Shown piece after piece: positions 28,785 to 41,802 of a stretch of DNA of 64,000 nucleotides (position 1 is the stretch's first letter; every line of letters begins with the position of its first letter). Both the position numbers and the translations under genes were made by a program. The notes under the pieces were generated by a model, which saw nothing but the letters and a program-made list of their open reading frames with translations, made no database searches and had not been told where the DNA came from. This stretch comes from the human T2T-CHM13v2.0 reference genome, Homo sapiens: assembly GCF_009914755.1 (NCBI RefSeq), contig NC_060931.1, one strand, 5' to 3'.

Positions 28785-29339
28785 AAAAACTCATTGCCAA
28801 ACTGAAGATCACATAGATTTTCTCCTAAGCTATCTTATAAAACTTTAATAGTCTTAGATATGACATCTAGGTCTATGATTTATTTTGAGATAATTTTTGT
28901 GAAAGGCATAAAGGTCAGTGGCTAGGTTCATTTTCTTGCATGTGGATGCCCAATTATTCCTCTACCATTTGTTGAAAAGGCTGTCTTTTCCCCACTGAAT
29001 ATCCTTTGCTCCTTTGTCAAAAATAAGTGGACCTTATTTATTTGAGTCTATTTCTGGGCTCTCTATTTTGTTCAATTGATCTATTTGTCTGTTCTTTTGC
29101 CATTACCACATTGTCTTGATTACTGTACCTTTATAGTAAGTCTTGAAATTGGTTTTTGTCAGTCTTCCAACTTTCTTCTTTTTATGTAATTTTGTGTTTG
29201 CTATTTTGGGATTTTTGCCTTTTCATACAAGCTCTAGAATCAGTTTGTCAATAAACACAAAGTAATTTGCTGGGATTTTGATTGGAATTGTGTTAAATCT
29301 ATAGATCAAGTTGGGAAGAATTGACATCTTAATATTGAG

Positions 29340-30150
29340 GCTGCATAGTGCTTATTTTAAGTAAAGAGTGAAGAGAGAGGAATTAGGGATTACTTCTATA
29401 CCTCAAATTAGGACAACTAGGTGCGTCTTGACCCTCAGTTGGGTATAAACGGAGGTACAGATTTTGAAGTGATGATGATAAATTAGATGTTAGATATTTA
29501 GAATTTGAATTGCCAAAGGGCAACCAGATAGATATAATCACCATGCAATTGAATAATCAGATATGGAATACAGGGGCCTGGCCTGGATATAAAGATTTAA
29601 AAATCTTCAACATACATATAATTTATTGCTTATGGAGAAAATAGATGTGGGGGAGAATATGTGAGAAGATGTTAGGAAATATAAAAATGTTCAGTGTGAA
29701 TATAGAAGAAGTTGCCCTGGAAGGAACTATAGTGAAAATGTCAGAGGTGAAATAAAATAAAACAATCCACAGCAGATGAGGTTGTTTTGGAAGCCACATG
29801 AGAAAATGATTCCAAAAGGAACTTGTCAGTATGCCAAATTAACATAGCATGAAGATAGTTTGTTCACTATATCTGTGTGATGGGATCATCGTACAACGGG
29901 CCTCAATGGCATGCAATTTACCCATGTAATAAACCTGCACATGTAATAAACCTGAACCTAAAATAAAAGTCATAAAAGAAGAAAAAAATAGCATAAAGAG
30001 TGAAAGCGCAAGGGGAAACCAAATTTCATGGACATGAAATAATGGAGACACAAGTATGAATAACTCTTATAAAACAAATGCTTAACTTGAGAGAAGGATC
30101 AATATAATTAAAGGAGGATGATAAAAGGACTAGGGAGGGTATTTTGTAAT
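29340..30150 (-). mobile_element. L2 (right piece)
   Basis: gatgatgataaattagatgttagatatttagaatttgaattgcc...ggcctggatataaagattt L2 antisense motifs. Confidence 0.65.
29856..29987 (+). mobile_element. short L1PA (PA13-16-like) 3' end
   Basis: gcaatttacccatgtaataaacctgcacatg..ctgaacctaaaataaaagt; TSD atagcatgaaga / atagcataaaga. Confidence 0.8.
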
Positions 30151-30274
30151 CATCTCACGCTCATTTTCATCATTACCATCATTGCCATCAGTCTCATTAT
30201 TTAGCTGGGACAAATTGGTGTATATTTATATATTGAGGGCAAATAACTAGTTCAAAATTGAAAGGTAAAAAACA

Positions 30275-30540
30275 GGCCAGGCGCTGTGGCTCATACCTGT
30301 AATCCCAGCACTTTGGGAGGCCAAGGCGGGCAGATCATGAGGTCAGGAGATTGAGACCATCCTGGCCAACATAGTGAAACCTCGTCTCTACTAAAAATAC
30401 AAAAATTAGCCGGACATGGTGGCGTGCCTGTAATCCTAGCTATTCAGGAGGCTGAGGCACGAGAATCGCTTGAACCAAGGAGGCAGAGGTTGTAGTCAGC
30501 CGAGATCGTGCCACTGCACTCCAGCCATAAAAAAAAAAAA
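30275..30540 (+). mobile_element. AluSc-like, last ~25 nt before the tail missing
   Basis: ggccaggcgctgtggctca...gcactccagcc then A-run. Confidence 0.95.
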
Positions 30541-31279
30541 GGGAACACATTTTCCCAAAGTAATTAAAAGGAATTTCCTTCCAGGGATAGGTGCAAGAAT
30601 TAAGCTTAAACTGGACAAGACACTTTTCTCTCAAGCAATTAATAAGTAAACAGAAGTGGTTGAAGAATGAGAACAAGCTTGATGTTTAAACCTTAGCCAA
30701 AAAATAAAGAAAAAAATATAAATTATTAGTATCTAATAATCACTTGGATACTAATCATTTGATTATTGGACACTAGTAAAAGTTAATTAAAAGTAAATTA
30801 ACTAATAAATGTTAATCAAAATATTTCTCCTCTCAACCTGAATAAATGTTCAAGAAAATATTTAACTTACTTCCAATATGTTTTACTTCAAAATTTAGCT
30901 TTGGCATATTGGATATAAAGTGTGGAAATTTTCAACTCCTTCTCCCTAAAATCATGCAAAATATGCAAATGAAATTGAGCCATGGTTCAATGAAGCAATT
31001 CACCAGGCTCTTTGTCATTACTGAGAATAATGACAATGCAGAGATGTCAGACATTGCAGCACATTTGAATCTCCCAGTATACTTTGTACAAATCTCACAT
31101 AGATGGATGAATAAGACATGAAGTTTAGATATGGGTTTGCTCCTTGAATGATATCTGGTGCCACTAGTTTCAATCTTTCTTATTGATGCTCTTTTTGCAT
31201 TGCTCTTTGTCAGTCAGGATTCACTCATAGAGAATTTAATGCAGGTAATTGATTACACAGATGTGAAAAGGCCTGAAAA

Positions 31280-31760
31280 AACAGAATAGAGGAAAAAGAA
31301 ACATTCCAGATTTTAACTGCATAATCATTCTTAAGGCTGAGGGAAGAATAGTAGGCTATGGGGTCACCAGTGCTTAGAATCATGGAGGGTTGAGCCAGTG
31401 CTGAAACCAGGAAAGGTAAATTCATGAAGGTGTTGGGAACTTCGAGAGGGTCTGAGCACTGATGGTAGGCTAAGATAAATGTTCTGTGTTGTAGCTACTA
31501 GAACTGCAAAAAACAAAAACAAAAACTATTAAACATTTAGCTTTACACGTTTATAGAGACCATAACCAAGTATTTTTTTTCTGTCTTCCTGCTTTCCTTT
31601 TTCCTGTGAGTTCCTCTAATGGAAGAAACTTAACTAGAAGTCAGCTGGCCAAGGAATGTGGAAAACATAGTTAACAGGGCCCTAACTCCCTTAAAATGCA
31701 TAATAGAACATAGAGGGATAGAAGAGGGAATCAAGGTCAAGCACATTTATGATTGGCAAA
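31280..31760 (-). mobile_element. old MLT1-type LTR remnant
   Basis: aacttaactagaagtcagctggccaaggaatgtggaaaacatagtt resembles old MLT1 (L/M/N) antisense. Confidence 0.4.
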
Positions 31761-32500
31761 ATGAACTCTCCACCTGGAGCATTGTTTGACAAGATTCCCG
31801 AATGAAAGAGGGTTTTAAATGAAAATAACCATTACCTCTGTCATCCACTCAACAGTATATTTGAATTCAAGACATTCCAAACATGGGCCAGAAGACCTAA
31901 TTTTTAATGAGAGCTTTACTCTTAACAGGAAAATAAGGAAAACATCTACAACAAGTGTATACTCAGGAGGATTCACAGAGACTGTATTTTGAACTGGCTC
32001 ATTGTTTGGTGTCCTGAAGGTTTTCCCACCCCAGGGAGATGCATCCTATTAAGACAACACATAGATGAGATTACAGCAGTATTGGGTACAGTAGGAGACA
32101 GGGTCATACAGTGGAGAAGAGTAAGACATCTTGAGCCCAGATGTATTTTTAGGCACATACATTTAGGAAAGATAATGGATGGAAGTTGATGATCTAAAAA
32201 TTGGTTTCTATAAAAATACCACAATCCTGTACCTCTTGGAAAGTCTTATGAACTTCTCTATGTATACTTCACCTTGAAAACTGCTCTTATAGATGATTAA
32301 GAAATTGTGTATATTTAAATAATAATAAAGCTCTAAAAGGTTGTGCAATGAACTTTAGTATGAAATGATAGTTCTTTGTAGTTTTTAGCCTATTGCAAAC
32401 ATATTCAATTTCTGAAGGGAGAATCAAGATTTTGCCTCTTTAAAGTCAAGTCAACATTATTACTGAGCATTAATTAATCACGTATTTAAAGGTCAACAGG

Positions 32501-32820
32501 TTTTTTTGTTTTTTTTTTTTTCTTTTTTTTGACAAGAGTCTCACTCCAGTTGCCCAGACTGGAGCAGTGGCGTGATCTTGGCTTACTGCAGCTTCGACCT
32601 CCCGGGCTCAGATGATTCTCCCACCTCAGCCTTCTGAGTAGCTGGGACTACAGGCACATGCCACCATACCCAGTTATTATTTTTTTTTTTTTGTATTTTT
32701 AGTAAAAACAGTGTTTCGCCATGTTCCCCAAGCTGGTCTTGAACTCCTGGATTCAGGCGATCCACCCACCTAGGCCTCCCAGAGTCCTGGGATTACAGGC
32801 ATGAGCCACTGTGCCAAGCC
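32501..32820 (-). mobile_element. AluJ
   Basis: J-type features (ctgcagcttcgacctcccgggctca, ctcccacctcagcc); flanks acaggttttt / acggttttt. Confidence 0.9.
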
Positions 32821-33421
32821 ACGGTTTTTGTTTTTTTAATTGAAACAGAAAGTAAAGACCGTGATTCTTGAATAAGGTATTTGTGATGTCTATGGTTCAA
32901 AATGTTTATGATTTAAGACAGGTATGGCTATTAAAACACATATTACTCCTTAAAAACTTAGAAAATACAAGGTTGTTCAATTATAATAGTATTCTGCATT
33001 TCCTGCTCCAAATAAAAAGACTTTGAAAGAGTGGGTCTCCATTTCTATATTTGTCCCTTAGAACCTCAGACAGCGTGTTTTGAGTCTTCATGAACCCTGT
33101 GAGAAAGTAACTAACCTACAACTATTTCTTGCATAGCTTTGAAATATAATAAATCAATTGGACCTAAAATCCATTTTAAAGGTTCAAATATTAAGCTTTA
33201 GTTATAAAATTATAAAGCCTTTCTCAACAAATAGTCTGGTTTGTAGTGTAGAGACTCCATTTTCATAAAGATTAGTGATATATACCCATAGTCTTTACTT
33301 CTAATTTATTTACCAGCGTATTTCCTTATCTGTCCTTCCTCTAGCAACTACATTTCGGCATAATTATTGAGAGATATTTTTTACACGAATTTTAAATTAC
33401 CTAGATTCCACTAGAGTGCTA

Positions 33422-33917
33422 TATAGTAAGTTGAATAATGGCACCAGAGATATAAAGCCTATTGTCCAGAACATGTAAATATTACTTTATGTGGCAAATA
33501 TATTGCAGATATGATTAAGAATTTTGAGACTGAGATGTTATCCTGATTATCTGAGTGGCCTTAAATGCAATCACATGTATATTTATAAGAGGGCGGAAGA
33601 GGCAGCTTTGACCACACAGAGAAGGCAACAGGAGAAAATAGAACTGAGAGAGGTTTGAAGATACGAACCTTGAAAATTGGATGATGTGCCAGATGATAAA
33701 CCAAAGAATTCTAGTAGCCATTACAAGCTGGAAGAGGCAAGGGACACATTCTCCACTAGAGCTTCTAAAAGGAGTGTGGTCCCTTTGATAAGTCAATTTT
33801 GGCCAAGTGATACTGTTTTAGACTTCTGGCCTCCAGAAATATGACAGAATAAATTTTTGTTGTTTTAAGCCACCAAGTTTTGGTAATCTGTTACAGCAGT
33901 CATAGGAATCTAATATA
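33422..33917 (+). mobile_element. MLT1D/MLT1C-like MaLR solo LTR
   Basis: gattatctgagtggccttaaatgcaatcaca...aagctggaagaggcaagg...gacttctggcctccagaa...aataaatttttgttgttttaagccacc. Confidence 0.85.
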
Positions 33918-34779
33918 GGTACCATGCATCATGTATACAGAAAACTATAGTAGCAACTGGGTTAAGTTAAGCCAATATAATTCTCATATGTCTCTTCCAA
34001 ATTCAGTATTAACCAATAAGAAAATTTTCCTTCTAAGTTTCTATTATTCTTATAAAAACCTGCATTCTGTGTTGCTATGCTTACTTACCATAATTGATTA
34101 ACTCTCTGGTTGTACTTTTGAAAGACTATATCCAATCACTAATCAAAAAGCAGCCATTACTCAGTATGATACCCAGTTGGATGAGTTCAAGTAATTTGCT
34201 CAATGGGGAGAAATCTCAAACGGTTTAAATTGTGATGCCTTTTTAGCCATAATGTTGATGCTATATTGACTAAATTGTAATTATATTATACTTGTGCTAT
34301 TTTTGGCAGTGAGAAAATTTTTTATTCAAATTATCATACTCATTACATATGTAACTATTGAAAAATAAGTTTTGAAGGCTTGTAATCATGTTGCTTTATT
34401 TCATAGCTGGCATATAAATGTAAAACCACACTTTGAAACTTTAAAACTATTCCAGAAAAGTTTTTACATTTTGAGTTTGGTAACATTTTGTTAAGATTGA
34501 TCGTGAATACTTAGTCTTTTTTTCAACTACTGTTAAAAAATGATGGAAAATGTATCATTTGTTAGCAGACTTTTGAAAGTCCTGTAGGCTTGACATACAA
34601 AAGCATGAATTATTTTGTATCTGTAAGAAGGTTTCTACATTTGAGAGCAGCAAAGCACAATCAAGGAACAGCTAATCTTAGACCAGAAAGAAACTGGATG
34701 AACCTTCTTTCACATCCTGAAAACTAACTGACTTTTTTTGAAGATCAAACTTTTTGAATACCAACTTATGCTAAACTCA

Positions 34780-34935
34780 TAATCTTACAATTGTTTTACG
34801 ACATAATTATTCATATTCCCATTTTAAAGTTAAAATAACTAAGTCTCAGAGTAGTTAAATATCGCCTCCTTGGAGTACTAAGTCGGAATTAGGTAACCAG
34901 GTCTGCCTATGTCTTTTCTGTCTCCATGCAGCACT
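34780..34935 (-). mobile_element. MIR fragment
   Basis: cccattttaaag..aactaagtctcagagtagttaa..ccaggtctgcc. Confidence 0.5.
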
Positions 34936-35789
34936 ATCTTAAGTAATATAGCCACTTTATCAATTAGTGAGATAATCTCCATAGTTCCTAGGCACTTTAA
35001 CTTTATTTACACATAAGAAATTAAATTTTGAATACCAACACCTCTTTCAAAATCCATCTTCTTTTAGAAATGACAGGGAAAATGTCATTCAACAGACAGT
35101 AAAACAGTGCCCAGTGTAGATTAAATAAAAACAAAATGTTCTGTTCTGAGTTTTGCAATGTGGTATAATGAGTTTTTCACAAGAAAAAAAAATGGCCGTA
35201 ATATGAAGTGCCCCCGGCTCTCATACTTTTAATGTTATTAAATTAAGTTCCTTTGACCTTACCTTGAAAATTCCATTCCAAAGCACACTAACAAGCTATT
35301 TGTTACTTTTTAATTATTTCAATTGTTATCTGAAATGTGAGCAAGGTTAAAAATTTTTTGTGGGAAAGTATTAAAACTTCGAGTTCTCATTAAGAACTGC
35401 AAAATTTGTCCTTTCAGTCTTCTGACCAACATTCTCCATTCATTACTGTAGAGTTTCCCTCTGAAAGAGGACTACAGAGATAAGATGAGGTCAGTGATAA
35501 TGGCGATGATGATGGTGATGATGATGACAAATCTGACATTAAAGAAAGTTCAACTGTGGCGAATTCTATTGTGCATTTCCAGTCACCTCTAGGTCAAAGT
35601 CAGATTTTTTTCATCATATATACTTTTTTGATCTTATAAGCCAATTGTATCAGTTAATTCATCATCATTAGACTGAGTTTAATGAAAGAGTAAGGGTATA
35701 ACATTTTGAGTGCTTATTATGTTTTAAGCACTGGGCTAGCCCCTTGACCTACCTGACCTCAAATGGCCACTGTCATCTTTAGTATCATT

Positions 35790-35935
35790 AATGGTGGTTT
35801 TCTGCCCTTGCTGCATGTCAGGCTTATCAAGGGACATTAAAAATTATTGATGGCTTAGGCTCTATGACAGAAAAATTACAACAGAACATTTCAAAAGGTC
35901 AGTTACAGCCATCAGTATTTTTTAAAAATTAAATT
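35790..35935. mobile_element. MER5A-like hAT MITE remnant
   Basis: tggtggttttc..ccttgctgcatgtcagg..atca..taaaaattattgatggcttaggctc..catcagtatttttt. Confidence 0.4.
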
Positions 35936-36765
35936 AAAATTTGAAGCCAAGGGAAAGGAAGTATCATCACCTTCAAGATAAAAATGTTATTCCCTCTTAT
36001 CTCTATTTGGCCAGTTTAGAAAGTTCAGGAAGACTTTCTTCACTAAACTACCTTTCCAGCAAAAAATAACCCTATGAAGTATGAGATATTGAAATATTAA
36101 TTTGCTTTGCTTTTCTCCGTTCTTCCTCATAGTCAAAATAAATCAATAATTATAAAATTATTCACCCAAGGACTCTTGCCTCTGAGTCTGATATGCTTTT
36201 GTATGTCTTTTCTGTACTAAATTTACTGTTTCCTTTTATAAGTCAAAAGCATGTGTCTGGTCTAGGGAATTCAAGTGAAGAGAATTCAAAATTAGAATGA
36301 GGAACATAAAACATAGCACCTGGCTGTGCCCAGTTACTTAAATCAAGCAAGCTAATAACTCAGGTAGAACCAACTAGCCTTGTTTGATAATCCTGGCATG
36401 GAAAGTTACTAAGACATAAAAATCAATTAAAAATACATAATTAAAAAAATACGTGTTTTAAATGAGTTTCTATATTGTTTGTTTGTTTATCTAACATGCT
36501 CATATGGATAGCAAGGTTTATTCCCAAGTGGGTTGAGTTCCTTTGACTTGTGTAGCACCTTTTTTTATCTAAATATTTTTTTTTTAATGGAGCAGACATA
36601 GAGTTACTAGAAAAATTCAGCTAATGCTCTTCACAGAAGAAGCACAGAAGAGATCTCACAAACAGAAAATCAGCCATCATAAAATGATACTGTCAGGGGC
36701 ACCTTTATCACCTTTATCTATCCATTTAAAAATGAAGACTTAAAACTGAAGTCTACACACTTACC

Positions 36766-36944
36766 TGTAATCCCAGCTACTTGGTAGGCCGAGGCAGGAG
36801 AATTGCTTGCTTGAACCTAGGAGGCAGAGGTTGCAGTGAGCGGAGATCGCACCACTGCACTCCAGCCTGGGCAACCGAGCAAGAACTCCATCTAAAAAAC
36901 AAAGAAAGAAAACCAAACCAAACCAAAACAAAACAAAGCAGAAA
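36766..36944 (+). mobile_element. 5'-truncated Alu (right arm only) with AC-rich tail
   Basis: tgtaatcccagctac...gcactccagcctgggcaac; 11-bp TSD acacacttacc (36755-36765 / 36945-36955). Confidence 0.9.
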
Positions 36945-36981
36945 ACACACTTACCAAAGATTTCTAAAAAATTAAAAATCT

Positions 36982-37286
<305 letters not shown>

Positions 37287-38744
37287 TTAAAAATCCAAAA
37301 ATCTACTTTTAGTCGTCAGCACCTTATGTCCAATGAATTGGTTTTTAGTTTTATTGTTTTTAATTTCCATTTTGTTTGTGTGGCAGAAGATACTACTTTT
37401 TAATTACACTTCAAATAGTTTGCAAAAGAAAATAATAGTAGCAGTAATGATTATTATGTAAAAGTGGGCTTTTCAATAGAGGTAGACGTTCAAATATGTT
37501 AATGACCAACATGCTGAGACAGATACTTGAGAAGCTACATTGCTTTATCCAACAAAAATATAGCCACTATTTCTGTGACACCTACTGTCCAAGACATTTT
37601 GCATATATTAAACGACTTAGTCATCATAAAATGTGCTCCTTATTTCCATTTTGTAAGGATGATAAACGAAATCCAGAGAGGTTAACGAACTGCCTGAGAG
37701 GTAGACCAGGTGATTCCCCACCTGTGTCACACCCCACACCAGCAGGCTTTTTGCTCCTCAAGGCTTTATGGCACATTGGTAGAGAGCTCATTGCTGTCTG
37801 GCTAGATCAACTATTTGCTTATTTGTTTAGGAGTCATGAAATCCTCTTTGACTTTCTATTGGGTTGGAACTATATATAAGACTAATGTATTTCCTACAAT
37901 TTTACCTGGGAATAAATATATTCTATAAAGACTGTATGTGAGTTGTTAAGATGTCTCTAGTATGGTGAAATACCTAGCATATTTGACAGCTCATTTTTAA
38001 CATTTTTCTCTATAATACAAAATTATTTTCATTAATAGCCATGGAATAAAATAAATGATAATAATGGCCATAAAAATAATACAAACAGTTAAAAAATTAT
38101 TGAACTTTTATGTATAATCTGCCAGAAAAATACCTACAATAAATGATATAGTATGAAAAAGAAAGTAACATGTTAATACTTTTAAATTACATTAATGTAT
38201 TGGACTAAACTAAGTATTAGTTATCATAGTAATGGATTAAAATATTGACATTTCTGTTTCTTGTTTTAGCTTCTGCAAATTTCTATACTTTTAATTAATA
38301 AAGAATCTAAAGATTTACCCAGAGGTATAGAATTAAAGTAAATCAAGCCCTTCCTTTATTTTGGTAATTGTGTTATTAGTGTTTATTTCTAATTTATCAT
38401 TTAAATGCAGAACCAGGTGGTACCACAGAGGCACAAAATGCACAGAAAAAATCGGGACAAAATATTATGAACTTACCCTAAAGACAATTTTTGTGTAGCT
38501 GGGTCTGTGAGTGTTGGATATCAGCTGTGTAGGCAATAGTTATTTGAATTAACTTCCATGTACTATACAGTGTTTATTAGAAGATTAGTAAAAATGTGCT
38601 AATTTAAAATTTATGTGCCTATATATGTATATAAGTATATGTATATATTAATTATGCTATATGTTAAATTATGTGTAAAGTAATATATATATTAAACTAC
38701 TTATTTATATAGTTAAAATACAATAGTAACCACAGCAGTTTTTT

Positions 38745-38992
38745 AGAACTGTCCTGTCTGATATGACAGCCATTGGCCACATGTAGCTACTTATACTAAA
38801 CTTAAATTTGTCAATATTTAAAGAAACTCAAGAATATTAAAACTTACTTAAAGAAAATAAAATTTCAATTCTTCAGTCGAATTAGCCATGTTTCACATGC
38901 TACATAGCTCATGTGGCTAGTAACTACTGTATAGGACCTCATAGATACAGAACATTTCCATTACTGCAGAAAGTTGGTTGGGCTGCATTGAT
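38745..38992 (-). mobile_element. MER3/MER33 hAT-Charlie MITE
   Basis: gccacatgtagcta ... catgtggctagtaactactgtatagga ... agaacatttccattactgcagaaagtt. Confidence 0.8.
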
Positions 38993-39910
38993 TTAGAATT
39001 TATATCGTCCAAAGATTTTCTTGATTAGAAATACTTTATTACTAACGTTGTTTAGAATTACCAGTGGGAGAAGATGAAAAATCAAACTGACTTTTAGTAG
39101 GTATTATTATTACATAACATTTGTCTACAGGCAGTGCAACCCTTATTCCTTTCAATGGGGGCCATCCATTCCCACCACCTTGTCCTGCGGTTGCCGTTGC
39201 TCCAGTGACCCATTAATGCTTCTATGGCTTTCACATTCTTGTAGACAACTGGTGCCTTGCCACTTAATCAGACCTTATGCAGAGTATTATTGGTGTGGTT
39301 TTGATGCCAAGTTGTTCTACTTCCTCAGAGGACACACCCCATCAATCATTCTCCATCTTTTCTCTCTTTACTGTCAATTCACCATGAATCGAAGCAAGCT
39401 GTGTCTTACCTTCATACAAATTTACATTATTGTGCCTTGGTTTATTTTCTCTGTCTAGTCAACTTTGAACCATTTTCATATCCTACTTTTCTGAAATTGA
39501 ATTTTATGATTCTGTTTGCCTCCCAGTCATTCCTAGTTTCATTATAATCTGCCTTCCGCCTAATCTGTCCTGGCTATTGCCATCCCAATCTCTACAAGAA
39601 CTCATCCCTGACCGAACCCTATGGACTGAGCCCTGACACCATGATCCCGTGGTGTCTATAAAACTTGTCACGGTATACTTGAAAGGTGGATTTGTTTGTC
39701 TCTTATGGGCAGGACAATGTAAACTCCTAGAATATGTAAGTAATTCTGAGCCCCAGGACCAAGTTCAGCTTTTTTTTTTTTAATGTAGAGATCACTAAGC
39801 AAATATTTGTAGAAGGAAGGGAAGAAGGGAGGGAATTTTGATATTATTTTGAATAACCTAGTTGTGAACTCAAGTAGGGGGCAAGAGGACAAGCAAATAA
39901 AATAAAGACC

Positions 39911-40074
39911 ATGCATGTCTGCTATCCTCAAGACTATGGAGTCCTCAAGATGATATACTATGATGGCAAGCAAATTACTCTGCATTTGTGAAGATGCACC
40001 TCCTCCAATGATCAGATGTATTACAGATGCATCAGTGATACACTGTAAATCGATACCTTGAAATTGTCCATGGC
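39911..40074. repeat. unrecognised element, copy 1 of a direct-repeat pair
   Basis: aligns by hand to 42507-42668 at ~80% identity. Confidence 0.9.
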
Positions 40075-40077
40075 TCT

Positions 40078-40225
40078 ATTCATTTAATGTAAGAAGTATA
40101 ATGAAGGGTTTGCTTTATGCTAAGCATTGTGCTAGAAACTGAGGATAGCAAGATGACTAAGACATTTCACCTGCCCTTAAGAGGTAAATTTATTTGTTAG
40201 GAACAAGACACAAATATTTAAAATA
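40078..40225 (-). mobile_element. L2 3' end
   Basis: attcattta..tttatgctaagcattgtgctaga..gaggatagcaagatgactaagaca..cctgcccttaagag. Confidence 0.6.
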
Positions 40226-40229
40226 ATTA

Positions 40230-40460
40230 TGATGATAATGATAGTTAATGTTCATTTAGTTCTCCTAATTTTCCAGCACTAAATGCTTCTCATATATTTT
40301 ACTATATAATTTACTTAACAGCATATGAGATAAGTATTAATGTTATTACCCTTTTATAGGTGAGGAAACTGAGACAGAGAGGATGAGTAAATTGCCAAAG
40401 ATAATACAAGTAGTAATTGGTTTAGTTGGAATTGTATCCAGGTAGCCTGGAAACTTGGAA
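40230..40460 (-). mobile_element. MIR
   Basis: ttttataggtgaggaaactgagacagagaggatgagtaaattgccaaag MIR core. Confidence 0.8.
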
Positions 40461-40531
40461 TATTTGTAAGGATTTATAAGACTCCATGGAATATATTTAT
40501 ATAAGACTTTCATTTTAACCCAAATATACGA

Positions 40532-40946
40532 TGTGGCAAGAGAAGGAGTGTACAGGCAAGCATGGGAAGTCTGAAACACAACCAAGTGCAAACTCCTCCC
40601 AGGTTCTTAGTCACACATGGATGGACTTTGCCTCCAGAAGGAACCACGTTGAATTGTGCCATAACTCTTGGCTCCAAGTGAACTCAAGGTAGAAGTTACC
40701 AGGAGGATATGTCATGTCCCTCTGGCTTCTGGTCAAGCTGGACTGTCTAACAGGTTATGCTGGGTGCAAAGCATCAGTAAACAAACTTGTACTGCAGTTA
40801 GCTAGGGAGTTCTGGACTTTAAACAGCACATCATAAATCCCACTATTCTTATCTTTGAAAAAGATTCAAAGCCAGTCATCCAGGCATCTCCAGAAATAAG
40901 AAACAATAATTCTCAATCTAGCTTTGTATTTACTCTATCCTACGCA
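40532..40946 (-). mobile_element. possible ERVL LTR remnant (MER68/MER77-like)
   Basis: minus strand begins tgcgtaggatagagtaaatacaaagctagattgaga, similar to the recalled TGTGCAGAAAAGAGTTAACATAGC start. Confidence 0.35.
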
Positions 40947-41598
40947 GAAGAGCTAATCATGGTGATGGGGATACAAGGGAGAAAAGTTTGGGAAAAAGCA
41001 TACTGATGATCCATGAGTGAAAGCATATACAAAACTGCAGAAACAAAGGCTGTTTTCCTAGTGCTCTGCTGGGACAAGGGGTGGACTTGAAGTGACATTA
41101 ATTACTCTAAGCCAGTAAATGTGTTCAGCACTTCAGGTATGTAATATTTATCCACATAACAACCCCATGAAATCAGTTTCCCTTCATTTATAACTGAGAA
41201 CATTGAGGCTTAGTGAGAAGAAGTAATTCGTCAAAACTTAGATGAAGAGAAAATAGAGAAGCGCTATCACCCTGTCTCAAAAATAGGTGATTATGATTTT
41301 TGCAATGTTGTCTGCAGGTAAATGTGGAAAGAATTGAAGGGTTGTAGGTAAAGGTCAATAGAGACTTGTGGTTTTATTTATGGCCAAATGCAGTAGAGGA
41401 TCTTGTTGGTGACTAATAGAATTTTTTTTTTCAGTTCTTGATAACTTTAAAGACCTTGATGAAAATATTGGGAGTAGTCTCAGGTCAGAAAGACTTGTTC
41501 TCATTCAAGAGTCCATCCTCTTTTTGTCTATCAGGAAATGCCAGGACTGGCTGGATAGCGTTATGTTTTTTATTGCTCTCATACCAATGTTTAGCATG

Positions 41599-41802
41599 TG
41601 ATTGACCGTCACTCTCCTGAAGAAAAGGACTTTGGAGACAATTGTTGTTTTTTTTTTTTTTTAGTTTTATCAAGCTGTATTTAATTTTGGTGTGTCAATA
41701 TGACAGATGTCAAGGAAACTTCTTGGCTTTTTTTCTTAATCTCTTCAGCTTAAGGGGGTGTCTGACAGCCTGATTTTGGTGATGAGCTGGCTGTCACAGC
41801 TG
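41599..41802. promoter_or_regulatory. candidate enhancer: TALE-homeodomain (TGACAG/TGTCA) and E-box cluster
   Basis: TGATTGACCG 41599, TGTCAA 41693 and 41708, TGACAG 41701 and 41763, CTGTCA 41791, CAGATG 41704, CAGCTG 41797. Confidence 0.35.

Larger units (their letters stand above)
27144..29340 (-). mobile_element. L1MC1/2-type element containing nested insertions
   Basis: ttttaggtttacagaaaagttgaacagaaagtatagag 3' end; ORF2 peptide MFIAALFIIVKTWKQP on the minus strand. Confidence 0.85.

Noticed and set aside
35484-35630. Acidic reading frame DEVSDNGDDDGDDDDK
   Set aside because: Produced by an (ATG)n microsatellite, preceded immediately by a stop codon, with no exon boundaries.
40021-40071. 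16-aa minus-strand micro-ORF with GCCATGG Kozak in both repeat copies (MDNFKVSIYSVSLMHL / MDNLKILIYNTSLMHL)
   Set aside because: Every differing codon changes the amino acid and none is synonymous-only, so there is no sign of coding selection.
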